30,500 bases of DNA from positions 1 to 30,500 of the forward strand of contig RFIK01000006.1 of assembly GCA_003695605.1 (NCBI GenBank), read 5' to 3'. Of this stretch, positions 1-9,983 are shown in pieces. This stretch comes from Chlorobiota bacterium (GTDB taxonomy: Bacteria; Bacteroidota; Ignavibacteria; Kapaibacteriales; NICIL-2). Each line of letters opens with the position of its first letter. Positions within the stretch are counted from its first letter, which is position 1. The notes beneath the pieces were generated by a model. It was not told the origin of the DNA. It made no database searches and was given only the letters and a program-made list of their open reading frames with translations. A program made the position numbers and the translations under genes.

Positions 1-999
<999 letters not shown>

Positions 1000-1075
1000 T
1001 TGCTTTTTTCTCCTGCCTTTCTACAGGTTGGTTCCAGCGGTGCTCTATCGCCACAACAAAACTATCGGACGCTGT

Positions 1076-1193
<118 letters not shown>

Positions 1194-1204
1194 CCCTCTG
1201 TCAA

Positions 1205-1243
1205 GTGTGGGCTATCGCTCCAGCGGTAGCCCACACGCATTTT
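1205..1243 (+). terminator. rRNA operon intrinsic terminator
   Basis: GTGTGGGCTAtCGCT-cc-AGCGgTAGCCCACAC hairpin followed by GCATTTT; it also lies just past the stop of the convergent gene. Confidence 0.8.
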
Positions 1244-1253
1244 ACTACCCGCC

Positions 1254-2783
1254 TTACTTTCTGATGCTGCCAGTCAGCTTGTATGCCCCTATCCAAAGGT
1301 AATTGGAACTATCCAATACTGTTCCGATCAAGATTCCATCACGAAAATCATGGGGAATGAAATGATTCCCCGCATACAAATCATGCGTGAAGACTGGGCT
1401 GCCGTCCGGCCAACAACAGTGGAGATACTCACGATGCTGAACGCGTGCATCGCTAAAGTCAACTACGCCTTCGGGGTACTCGGTATTCCGATACGGCAAG
1501 AGGAACATCCCGGTTGTCTTGTCGTAGAAAATCTTGCGAAAAGCTATATTTGATACCAACCCATCAAGGGGTGTTCCATCCTTGATAGTTAGTTTTCCGT
1601 TTCTCTCTGGCAGATCCCAAGATGGAACTCGATAGGTATCGGAAAAATGTAGTGGAATGACTTTTATGAGGTTGCCCCTGCGATCCCAGACTCGGAGCGA
1701 CCGACCAAACTGAAAAAGGGATACTGTTGTGCTATCACCATAACAGCCAAAGATAGCACCAAGCCATCGGGAAACTCGGTACTGATAGTAAATGCTATCA
1801 ATGCCACGTCCAATTGCAACAGTTTTACCTGTTATGTCTCCAACCCAGATTGTTGTGTCCTCTGGTGTCAGCAAACGGTGGGGAGACGTTCCACTTCTTG
1901 AAATGTATATTTTCCCATCGCAGTAGCCGCATTCTATGTCGAGGGGTAGCTGGCGCGATAGATAGCTTACATTGTGTAGCGTTGGCTCACCGATCGTGTA
2001 GAGAGCAAGATAGTGGGGATATTCGAAGGTGGATCCACAGATGAGGAGCGACTTTCCGGGTGTATCCCAATCTATTGAACCAATACCCATACAGTGCAAC
2101 GAATCCAATCGAATTGGCGTCCGTGTTCGAATGGTTCCGGTGCTATCAATAATCAACAGCTGGCATTGCGTTCCATTGACGAGGTAAAAACTCTTCCTCT
2201 CGGGACCAACAAGCATTAGTCGTGACCATCCCGACTTTAGCATGTGTCCCGCCGTATCTCGTACAGGAAGTTTCCATAGCAATTCGAAGTACCGCTCAAG
2301 ATCTGTTCGTTCGATCACAACAGTGTTCGCCAGTGAGTCCCGGAGTGAGCGTAGAGTCGTTCCAACAGTTTGTGACGTAGGAGATTCGATTGCTAAGATT
2401 TTACCAACCCTATCAAGAATCAAAATGACTGGGAGCGTTCGGATTTTGTAAAAATTCCGATAGATTTGAAACTCATCTCCCACAATAGGGCACTCAATCT
2501 TTTCCTCTCTGCGAAATGCTTCTGCATCTGATTGAGAAAATCCATCGAGGAAGACAACGTACTCAACCGGATAATTACGCAGCTGTTCGTAGAATTGCTC
2601 AATATTCATCATGCAGATGACACAATTCGAGCGATCGGTGAATACATAGACTCGCATTGCGTAGTCGCTCTGCGGCTTGAGCGGACGCACAGTGTCGCCA
2701 ACGTAAAAATCAGTATAGCGAAGGCTTTCTTGCGAGAAAAGCAACACTCGGACGACCAGGAGGATAGCAAGGATGTGTTTCAT
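1254..2783 (-). CDS. Secreted protein: N-terminal thioredoxin/redoxin (TlpA/AhpC-TSA-like) domain with CxxC, plus a C-terminal beta-rich, probably beta-propeller, region (509 aa)
   Basis: Start moved to MKHILAILL (ATG at 2783), a signal-peptide-like stretch. CVIC at 2613-2624; cis-Pro loop RTLPVILILDRVGKI. The remainder has short beta-strand repeats (LLIIDSTGTI, LRVWDRRGNLIKVI). The propeller call is an inference. Confidence 0.8.
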   Translation of the reverse strand: MKHILAILLVVRVLLFSQESLRYTDFYVGDTVRPLKPQSDYAMRVYVFTDRSNCVICMMNIEQFYEQLRNYPVEYVVFLDGFSQSDAEAFRREEKIECPIVGDEFQIYRNFYKIRTLPVILILDRVGKILAIESPTSQTVGTTLRSLRDSLANTVVIERTDLERYFELLWKLPVRDTAGHMLKSGWSRLMLVGPERKSFYLVNGTQCQLLIIDSTGTIRTRTPIRLDSLHCMGIGSIDWDTPGKSLLICGSTFEYPHYLALYTIGEPTLHNVSYLSRQLPLDIECGYCDGKIYISRSGTSPHRLLTPEDTTIWVGDITGKTVAIGRGIDSIYYQYRVSRWLGAIFGCYGDSTTVSLFQFGRSLRVWDRRGNLIKVIPLHFSDTYRVPSWDLPERNGKLTIKDGTPLDGLVSNIAFRKIFYDKTTGMFLLPYRNTEYPEGVVDFSDARVQHREYLHCCWPDGSPVFTHDLYAGNHFIPHDFRDGILIGTVLDSSNYLWIGAYKLTGSIRK

Positions 2784-2822
2784 TGTAAAACCTGCTGGGG
2801 CATTGCACACTATTCGAAAAGA

Positions 2823-2848
2823 GGAGGGGAGAGATGCCTCTCCCCTCC
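2823..2848 (-). terminator. Intercistronic GC-rich hairpin (partial terminator or mRNA stabiliser)
   Basis: Perfect 11-bp stem GGAGGGGAGAG-N4-CTCTCCCCTCC, followed on the minus strand by TCTTTT, between the small secreted gene and the redoxin gene. Confidence 0.7.
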
Positions 2849-2862
2849 AGGGCCGCGAACCG

Positions 2863-3330
2863 TTATGGTGTGGGGACGAAGACCGTGTATTTGCCGGTGT
2901 CATCAGTCACAATCCCGCCGAGATTGATTGTGATACCGACGAGCTGAGGGTATTCGGTGCACTCGACAATTTCGATTTCCTCAGTCGGTGTAAAGTAGTA
3001 GTTCCGCCCGTCGCGAGTGAATGTGTTCCAGTTACCCTGGCTGTCCTTTACAGACAAGGTGACTTGATCGAGCTGGAGCTCGATTGCGTAGCCGTAAGGT
3101 GGAACAGGGGTGACTTTCCCTTTGACCAGACTTGTGCATGGTTCAACGATGCAATCCACACCCCCATCATAACAACCGTGGTGACGATCGCTCCATGCAT
3201 AGATCCCTGTACCAAGAGGCACTTTCCGATGCACCCAGCAGTCCGTCTCAGCAGATGACAACGTTGTAAGCAGATGCAGCCATGATGTGGCAACAAGAGC
3301 GTACATCGCTAATCCAATGTTAGTTTTCAT
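2863..3330 (-). CDS. Small secreted Cys-containing hypothetical protein (155 aa)
   Basis: Hydrophobic signal peptide ending LSSA; five Cys in the mature part (four clustered near its N-terminus); beta-rich; hairpin directly after the stop; co-oriented with the redoxin gene. Confidence 0.8.
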   Translation of the reverse strand: MKTNIGLAMYALVATSWLHLLTTLSSAETDCWVHRKVPLGTGIYAWSDRHHGCYDGGVDCIVEPCTSLVKGKVTPVPPYGYAIELQLDQVTLSVKDSQGNWNTFTRDGRNYYFTPTEEIEIVECTEYPQLVGITINLGGIVTDDTGKYTVFVPTP

Positions 3331-3490
3331 GATTGATGGAAAAATAGTTGAACATTGTTGAACAAATGAGCAACGATGCGAAAAGAAGACAACTCACTTT
3401 AGAAATGTTCATCAGTGAATCCTGATGCCTTCCCTGATGCGGCGGCGGTCGCTCAGCCAATGGCCAGGGAGAGGGTGTTGATGAGTATGG

Positions 3491-3537
<47 letters not shown>

Positions 3538-3721
3538 AGCTCCTCACCTCGTGGCATTGGCCAATCCCAACAGATACCTACGCTGCGGAGCTGCAAGATA
3601 GGCGCACGAAAAAGGTCAACGGTTAGGCACAACTTGAACATGGCGCTTTAATCTTCCGTTGCTTTTGTGCTCTACAAACTAAATTACAAATTGACAAGAC
3701 AAAAACAAGAAAGCTGCCCTG

Positions 3722-5293
3722 CTAAGTGAATTTGCTCTCTTTGCTGCTCCATCCATTACTACCCAGTGCGGCTACAATCCTATCCTCGATTAGGTGGCGT
3801 ACATCCTGAATATCGCGGTAAAGATACCGCTCTCCCCCACGGTCCGGCACAACGTCTCTGATCGCCGCATAGACCCGCTCCAGCGTCTCCGATGTTCGTA
3901 GTGGCCGCAGAAAATCGAGCGCTCGCGCTGCACAGAGTAACTCAATTGCCAGAACTGTCGTTGTGTTGTTCACGATGCGACGTGCTTTCCATGCAGCGAT
4001 GCTCCCCATCGAGTTGTGGTCCTCTTGGTTGGCGCTGGTCGGAATCGAATCCACACTTGCAGGATGCGCAAGCACCTTGTTTTCGCTAACCAACGCTGCT
4101 GCGGTGTACTGGGCGATCATCATTCCACTTTCGAGTCCAGGGTTCGATGCGAGAAATTTCGGTAACCCGTTGCTGAGCGCACCATTGACCATTCGCTCGA
4201 TGCGCCGCTCGCTGATGTTGGCTAGCTCTGCAACAGCGATCGCCAACGTATCGAGCGCAATTGCAAGTGGCTGGCCGTGAAAATTGCCCCCTTCGAGATG
4301 CTCTCCCTCGGGAAAGATCAGAGGATTGTCATTGGCAGCATTCAGCTCTGGTTCGATAATCGTTCGAACATACTCGAGCGCATCACGGCTTGCGCCATGC
4401 ACCTGTGGCATGCATCGAATCGAGTATGCATCTTGGACGCGTGGATCACCGGTGCGGTGTGATTCCCGAATTTCGCTTCCTGCCATCAGTGCGCGAAGAT
4501 GCGCCGCGACGATTTGCTGTCCGCGCAGCCCTCGCACACGGTGAATACGTTCGTCGAAGGCACGGTCGGTGCTCCGAAGTACATCTGCTGAAAAGGCACC
4601 GGCAACGTCCGCTACATCGGCCAAGTTCAGAGCACGTGCCAATACCAATGCACCGACAGCGCATTGGTACTGTGTTCCGTTGATGAGCGCTAATCCTTCC
4701 TTCGCCTGTAGCTGCACCGGCCGTAATCCCTTCATCGCCAGAACGAGTGCGCTCGGCTCCACGCCGCGCTCAGTAATGCACCGGCCCTTCCCGATGAGTG
4801 CGAGTCCGATGTGAGCGAGCTGCACCAAATCCCCACTGGATCCTACTGACCCTTGTTCAGGAACTGCTGGAATGATACCAGCATTGAACACGTCGATCAG
4901 GTGCTCGACTAATTCGAGCCGAACTCCGGAGTATCCTTTCGCCATCGCGTTAATCCGTAGGAGCATCATTGCACGAACAATCTCCGGCGGTAGGTAGTCG
5001 CCTGCACCTGCACTGTGCGAAATGATCAGATTCTCCTGCAGCGTAGCAACATCCTCGGCTGGAATCGTTACGCTTGCCAACTCCCCAAAACCCGTTGTGA
5101 CGCCGTAGACAACTTCCCCTTGGCTGAGCCATCGCTCGACATGTTGTCTACTTGAGCGAATGCGCTCACGCGCGTCTGGTGCAAGTGCCAGCCGAACGTT
5201 CCCGCTCGCCGCGCGCACAACATCTTCGAGCTTGAGCGAATGTCCATCGAGGAGGAGTGCTTCCACAGTGGTAGTGCTACAGCTGTTTGACAT
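3722..5293 (-). CDS. hutH: Histidine ammonia-lyase
   Basis: VVYGVTTGFG, ENLIISHSAG (SH specificity pair of HALs), GSVGSSGDL (MIO region), QDAYSIRC, GGNFHG, SANQEDHNSMG. Start taken at MSNSC (ATG 5293). Confidence 0.95.
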   Translation of the reverse strand: MSNSCSTTTVEALLLDGHSLKLEDVVRAASGNVRLALAPDARERIRSSRQHVERWLSQGEVVYGVTTGFGELASVTIPAEDVATLQENLIISHSAGAGDYLPPEIVRAMMLLRINAMAKGYSGVRLELVEHLIDVFNAGIIPAVPEQGSVGSSGDLVQLAHIGLALIGKGRCITERGVEPSALVLAMKGLRPVQLQAKEGLALINGTQYQCAVGALVLARALNLADVADVAGAFSADVLRSTDRAFDERIHRVRGLRGQQIVAAHLRALMAGSEIRESHRTGDPRVQDAYSIRCMPQVHGASRDALEYVRTIIEPELNAANDNPLIFPEGEHLEGGNFHGQPLAIALDTLAIAVAELANISERRIERMVNGALSNGLPKFLASNPGLESGMMIAQYTAAALVSENKVLAHPASVDSIPTSANQEDHNSMGSIAAWKARRIVNNTTTVLAIELLCAARALDFLRPLRTSETLERVYAAIRDVVPDRGGERYLYRDIQDVRHLIEDRIVAALGSNGWSSKESKFT

Positions 5294-5509
5294 CGGATAA
5301 GCAAAGATAGCCAGTGTTCTTACCCGAGTTACGGTGGCCACATGTTGCAGATTGGACAGGCTCTTCTTCCACCTGCGAATAAGCTCGGCCAGCGCCAAGA
5401 GAACATTTAGCAAAATGTTGTACAACTATTGCACCGTTGTGTACAGCGGTGGGCTTCAAGTGGTGATAGTTTCGCACTGCGTTTGTTCCACAATCATTCC
5501 AAACCAGTC

Positions 5510-5728
5510 ATGGCCACCAAAGAGCGCTTTACGGTGCGCGGGGCGCACTGCGAAAACTGCATCGCTACAATCGAGCGTACCCTTCGGCGGCTCGATGGTA
5601 TCGTGCACGTAGATGCGAAGCTTCAGCCACAAGCGTTGGTTGAAGTTGAATACGATTCCGACAAAGTCAATCGCGACACCCTCCGTCGCGCGATTGAGCG
5701 AGTGGGGTACGAATTAGTCGCCGAGTAA
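5510..5728 (+). CDS. copZ: Heavy-metal-associated (HMA) copper chaperone (72 aa)
   Basis: GAHCENC CxxC in an HMA fold-length protein; abuts the P1B ATPase; start ATG 5510. Confidence 0.88.
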   Translation: MATKERFTVRGAHCENCIATIERTLRRLDGIVHVDAKLQPQALVEVEYDSDKVNRDTLRRAIERVGYELVAE

Positions 5729-5734
5729 TTGCTG

Positions 5735-7960
5735 ATGGCTGTTGAACATGAGGCTCAGCAAAAACGCACACCGACGGTTGTAGAGACGTTCCCGGTTGTA
5801 GGAATCTCTTGCGCAGCATGCGCACGTTCGATTGAGTCGCTGTCCCGGTCAGTTCCGGGAGTGCAACGTGCAGAGGTGAACGTTGCGACTGCGACTGTAA
5901 CGCTCGAGTACGATCCGTTGGAGGTGCAGCCGGCTGACATTGCCTCTGTCCTTCGCGAATTTGGCTACGATTTGGTGCAGGCAGAGGATACTGCAATCGC
6001 CCTTGCCGATGCTGCACAACGTGAACACCGCTCACTCGACCAGCTCAAGATTCGCACGATAGGTGCTGCGATCGCGACAGTGCCAACGGTCGTGCTGGGA
6101 ATGGGAGCCTGGCATACCCAGCGCTGGGCAATTCTGCTCAGCGCTGCTCTCTCGAGCGCGGTCGTGCTGTATTTCGGACGCCAATTCTTCGTGCGTGCGT
6201 GGTCGCAAATCCACGCACGTGCACTTGCGATGGATACACTTGTTGCGTTGAGCACCGGAATTGCATGGGGATGGAGCCTGGTCGCTGCACTCATACCGGC
6301 ACAACTCCGAGCGTTAGGTATCGAACCGCACGTGTACTTTGAGTCGGCTGCAACGATCGTCACCTTCATTTTGCTCGGGAGATACTTGGAGCAACGCGCC
6401 CGCTTGCAAACAAATGCTGCACTGCTTGCTCTCGTAGAACTCCAGCCACGCTCGGTTCACCTGCATCGGAACGGAGTCCTGACGGACACACCGCTTGCAG
6501 CGGTGCAGCGCGGTGATCACATCGTTGTGCTGCCGGGTGAACGCATCCCCGTTGATGGCGTCGTACTCGACGGACAGTCGTGGGTGGACGAGCAGCTGTT
6601 GAGCGGTGAATCGCTGCCTGTCGCGAAAGCTCAGGGTGATCGGGTCTATGCAGGAACACTCAACGGCGATGGAGCACTTGTCATCGAAGCGCGTGCTGTC
6701 GGTCGTGGAACCATCCTTGGCAGCATTGTTCGTGCGGTCGAGCGAGCACAATCGAGCAAATCACCCACGCAGGAACTCGCCGATCGGATTGCTGCGGTGT
6801 TCGTACCGGTTGTTCTCGCTGTTGCAGCGTTGACCGCAGTTGGATGGATAGTTTTCGCTCCTGACAAAGCCAGCAGCCTTGGTCTGCTTTCCGTAGTATC
6901 GATGTTGATTGTTGCCTGTCCATGCGCACTCGGCCTTGCAACGCCGACGGCGATTGCTATTGCGTTGGGGCGTGCGGCAGAGCAAGGCATTCTTGTCCGC
7001 AATGCACGCGCCTTTGACGTACTCCCGGAGCTTACCCATGTCGTGTTTGATAAGACAGGCACTCTCACGCAGGGGAAACCAACGGTGGTACATGCGACGT
7101 GGTATGTGCCAGAGCTTGAACGTCGAGACTATGCTCGGCTCGTGCGGGCTGTACTCGAGCGGAGTACGCATCCTCTCTCGCTGGCAGTTGCTCAATGGCT
7201 CAATGTGCCTGCGGCGGGTGAATGTACTGTTGAGCAGGTACGAGGGCGTGGTCTTCGTGCGTGGAATGACTCGCATACAATTTTGGTCGGAAATCGCGCG
7301 TGGATGGAAGAGCACAGCGTCGAGCTTTCTGCCGAAAGTCAGGCTGCGGCAACGGAGGTCTTCGTAGCGATTGATGGTAAGCTTCTGCTGGCAGTCTGGC
7401 TGCGCGATTCGATCAGAAGTGATGCACGCAAGGTTGTCGAGTACCTACGCTCACGTGGTACTGCTCTACATCTGGTGAGCGGGGATCGCCGAGATGTGGC
7501 AGAGTACGTTGCAGCAGCCGTTGGCATCGAGCATGTGCTTGCTCCAGCTCTTCCGCAAGAGAAACAAGACTACGTTCGCCGACTCCGCCTGGAGACGAAA
7601 GGCAATGTCGCAATGGTTGGTGATGGGATCAACGACGCGCAGGCGCTCGCCGAGGCTGATACGAGCATTGCGTTAGGGAGTGGTAGTGATGTCGCAGTCC
7701 ATGCAGCGGACGTTACGTTGATCGGGGAGCAGCTTTCCTTACTCATCGTGCTGATACATCTTGCCGAAAGACTACGGCGCATCATCCGACAGAACTTGGG
7801 CTGGGCTTTTCTGTACAATCTTGTGCTAATCCCTATTGCGGCAGGTGCACTCTATCCAATCAATGGTGTGTTGTTGCATCCAATGCTAGCTGGATTTGCG
7901 ATGGCAGCAAGTTCGGTGTCAGTTGTTACCAATAGCCTCCGCTTACGGTACGGAATGTGA
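5735..7960 (+). CDS. copA: Cu(I)-translocating P1B-type ATPase
   Basis: N-terminal HMA GISCAAC, CPC in TM, DKTGTLT phosphorylation site, HP motif, GDGIND hinge, YN and MxxSS Cu(I) ligands. Start is TTG 5729 or ATG 5735. Confidence 0.95.
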   Translation: MAVEHEAQQKRTPTVVETFPVVGISCAACARSIESLSRSVPGVQRAEVNVATATVTLEYDPLEVQPADIASVLREFGYDLVQAEDTAIALADAAQREHRSLDQLKIRTIGAAIATVPTVVLGMGAWHTQRWAILLSAALSSAVVLYFGRQFFVRAWSQIHARALAMDTLVALSTGIAWGWSLVAALIPAQLRALGIEPHVYFESAATIVTFILLGRYLEQRARLQTNAALLALVELQPRSVHLHRNGVLTDTPLAAVQRGDHIVVLPGERIPVDGVVLDGQSWVDEQLLSGESLPVAKAQGDRVYAGTLNGDGALVIEARAVGRGTILGSIVRAVERAQSSKSPTQELADRIAAVFVPVVLAVAALTAVGWIVFAPDKASSLGLLSVVSMLIVACPCALGLATPTAIAIALGRAAEQGILVRNARAFDVLPELTHVVFDKTGTLTQGKPTVVHATWYVPELERRDYARLVRAVLERSTHPLSLAVAQWLNVPAAGECTVEQVRGRGLRAWNDSHTILVGNRAWMEEHSVELSAESQAAATEVFVAIDGKLLLAVWLRDSIRSDARKVVEYLRSRGTALHLVSGDRRDVAEYVAAAVGIEHVLAPALPQEKQDYVRRLRLETKGNVAMVGDGINDAQALAEADTSIALGSGSDVAVHAADVTLIGEQLSLLIVLIHLAERLRRIIRQNLGWAFLYNLVLIPIAAGALYPINGVLLHPMLAGFAMAASSVSVVTNSLRLRYGM

Positions 7961-7971
7961 TGCCTCCATCT

Positions 7972-8017
7972 GCCCCCGCAAGGCATTGCCGAGTGGCGGC
8001 AAATGCCCTGCAGGGGC
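7972..8017. terminator. Long hairpin between convergent copA and sqr (probable bidirectional terminator)
   Basis: GGCATTGCCG pairs with CGGC-A-AATGCC; outer GCCCC/GGGGC stem. Confidence 0.6.
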
Positions 8018-8040
8018 GAGGAGAGAATAGTTCGTCATCT

Positions 8041-9267
8041 TTATCCTTGCATTTTGCCTTTCAAAATCGCATGCCAATAGAGCCGGGGAAGAATTTCCTT
8101 CTTGAGGAGCCACATGCTGAAGCGTTCCTTGCCCTGATCGAAGGGGAAGCTCTCTTGCGGAGTATTGTTGTAGTCGAACTCTGCGAGGATAAGCTTCCCG
8201 TAGCCTGTTATAAGTGGACACGAGCCATAGCCATTGTACCGTTTGGGCGCAGGAAGGGTAGTCGTCTTATGTTCGATGCAGTACAGCAGGTTCTCCACCA
8301 GCACAGGGTTTTGTTTGCGGATCGCTGCACCTGTTTTCGCATTCGGTGTGTTTGTGACATCGCCGATACCGAAGACGTTGGGATAGCGTGGATGCTGGAG
8401 CGTATGTTTATCCACCTCCATCCAGCCGAGAGGATCGTTGGGCACTGCCAGTGGACTACGCTTGATGAAATCGGGTGCGCTTTGGGGTGGCGTTAGATGG
8501 ATCATCTCGAATTCAACGGCGATGCGTTCGGTTGTATCACCGTTCTTTGTCTCGAAATATGCTACTTTTCGCTCTCCATCAACCGCCACACAGTTGTGGT
8601 GAAAATGCAGCCCGATATGGTATCGTTCGCAGACTTTCTTGAGCGCTTCTGCGTACTTCTGAACGCCGAAGATGACGCCACCACCAGAGTAAAAGTGAAC
8701 AGTATTGTCGCCGAGAAGCCCTCGCCGGCGGAAATTATCCGCTGCCAAGTACATAATCTTCTGCGGTGCGCCGCCACACTTGATGGGGGTATTCGGGGCG
8801 GTAAATAGTGCTTTGCCTTTGCCTGTGAAGCTGGCAATGCACTCGTACGTGTAGGGTGCGGTCGTGAAGGTGTAGTTGCTTGTGATCCCGCGCTTGCCAA
8901 GCCACTGCTCGGCGCCTTCGATTTTGTGCCAGTCGAGTTGGATGCCGGGGCAGACGACAAGGTAATCATACGTGTATCGTTTGCCCGAGCGTGTGGTGAC
9001 AGTATTTGAGTCTGGGAGAATTTCTTCGGCGTAGTCTTTGATCCAATCGGCTCGTTTGGGAATGTACTTCGCTTCCGGCTGTACGGTTTTATTGATGTCG
9101 TATGCTCCACCACCAACGAGCGTCCAGGCTGGCTGGTAGTAGTGGTGCTCGCTTGGTTCGATGATACCAATGACGAGCGTGGATTTGCGCCGGAGAAGGT
9201 GGGCTGCAACCGATAACCCTGCATTGCCACCACCGATAATCAACACTTGGTAATGTGTACGCGCCAT
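8041..9267 (-). CDS. sqr: Sulfide:quinone oxidoreductase, type II-like
   Basis: FAD-binding IIGGGNAG, HYYQPAWTLVGGG, CPGIQLDW, redox Cys motifs KCGGAPQKI and GSCPL, GIGD. RBS GAGGT precedes ATG 9267. Confidence 0.9.
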   Translation of the reverse strand: MARTHYQVLIIGGGNAGLSVAAHLLRRKSTLVIGIIEPSEHHYYQPAWTLVGGGAYDINKTVQPEAKYIPKRADWIKDYAEEILPDSNTVTTRSGKRYTYDYLVVCPGIQLDWHKIEGAEQWLGKRGITSNYTFTTAPYTYECIASFTGKGKALFTAPNTPIKCGGAPQKIMYLAADNFRRRGLLGDNTVHFYSGGGVIFGVQKYAEALKKVCERYHIGLHFHHNCVAVDGERKVAYFETKNGDTTERIAVEFEMIHLTPPQSAPDFIKRSPLAVPNDPLGWMEVDKHTLQHPRYPNVFGIGDVTNTPNAKTGAAIRKQNPVLVENLLYCIEHKTTTLPAPKRYNGYGSCPLITGYGKLILAEFDYNNTPQESFPFDQGKERFSMWLLKKEILPRLYWHAILKGKMQG

Positions 9268-9292
9268 CGTGCACCTCACATAGGTTACATCT

Positions 9293-9339
9293 CAAATTTA
9301 CCTTACCTGGCGTAGAAAAAATGTAACATTCGTTACATT
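9293..9339 (-). promoter_or_regulatory. sqr promoter: Crp-family operator AATGTAAC-N4-GTTACATT (9320-9339) and TAAATTTG -7 box (9293-9300)
   Basis: Perfect 8-bp inverted repeat fitting TGTAA-N6-TTACA; an exact TAnnTTTG Bacteroidota-type box lies downstream on the coding strand. Confidence 0.75.
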
Positions 9340-9971
9340 CATCGTGGGAGGTTCTTGATTGTGATTGTTCCTCGATGGATCTCTACTGATCCTTTGCGTT
9401 CGAGCTCTTTGAGCAGGCGGGAGACGACGACACGGGAGGTCCCCAATTCATGCGCTAACTCTTTGTGTGTGATGTGCAGCGTTCGCAGATTCGTTAGTTC
9501 GGCCTTGCGGCGCAGTAAGGCGACTAAGCGATCCGCCAGTCCTGTGAATTTGAACGTTGTGATTAGATCAAGAAGGTCTTGCATGCGCTGGTGGTAGAGA
9601 TACATCAGATGTTCCAGCAGGAGCGCTTGCCGTTGGAGGACAGCGAAAAAATGTTCGAGGCGGATAAAGGCAACTTGGCAGTCTGTTTCTGCAATACTGT
9701 AAAGGCATGAAGGCATATGACGAATTCCTGCCAGCAGTGACATCATGCAGTATTGCTCGGCTTCGAGAAAGTAGAGGACTAATTCCTCTCTCCCATCAGG
9801 AGTGTAGAACACCTTGAGCACACCGCTGAGCACCAGAGGAACGCTCCGTGGGTATTCATTCGGAAGCGTAATCGGTTGGCCAGCTGCGAAATTCTTGATG
9901 ACAGCAGCTCCGAGAAGTTCGTCAACGATATGCGTAGGTAAGTTACTGACTTGTTGTGTATCCACGACCAT
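9339..9971 (-). CDS. Crp/Fnr family transcriptional regulator
   Basis: cNMP-binding-like N-terminus (LVLSGVLKVF) and C-terminal HTH ITHKELAHELGTSRVVVSRLLKELERKG; no FNR N-terminal Cys cluster. Confidence 0.92.
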   Translation of the reverse strand: MVVDTQQVSNLPTHIVDELLGAAVIKNFAAGQPITLPNEYPRSVPLVLSGVLKVFYTPDGREELVLYFLEAEQYCMMSLLAGIRHMPSCLYSIAETDCQVAFIRLEHFFAVLQRQALLLEHLMYLYHQRMQDLLDLITTFKFTGLADRLVALLRRKAELTNLRTLHITHKELAHELGTSRVVVSRLLKELERKGSVEIHRGTITIKNLPR

Positions 9972-9983
9972 TGGCCATCTGCG

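Noticed and set aside
5294-5425. Long N-terminal extensions in the ORF track (hutH, aminotransferase, idsA, pckA, rpoZ, paralog B and others)
   Set aside because: They come from upstream alternative start codons that overlap neighbouring genes or promoters; family homology begins at the internal Met.
5510-7960. Functional link between copZA and the Cys-insert sigma factor (CorE-like copper regulon)
   Set aside because: They are about 20 kb apart with unrelated housekeeping genes between, and I found no shared promoter motif; there is no sequence support.
7957-8496. 179 aa plus-strand ORF after copA
   Set aside because: Mostly antisense to sqr and spans the terminator hairpin.
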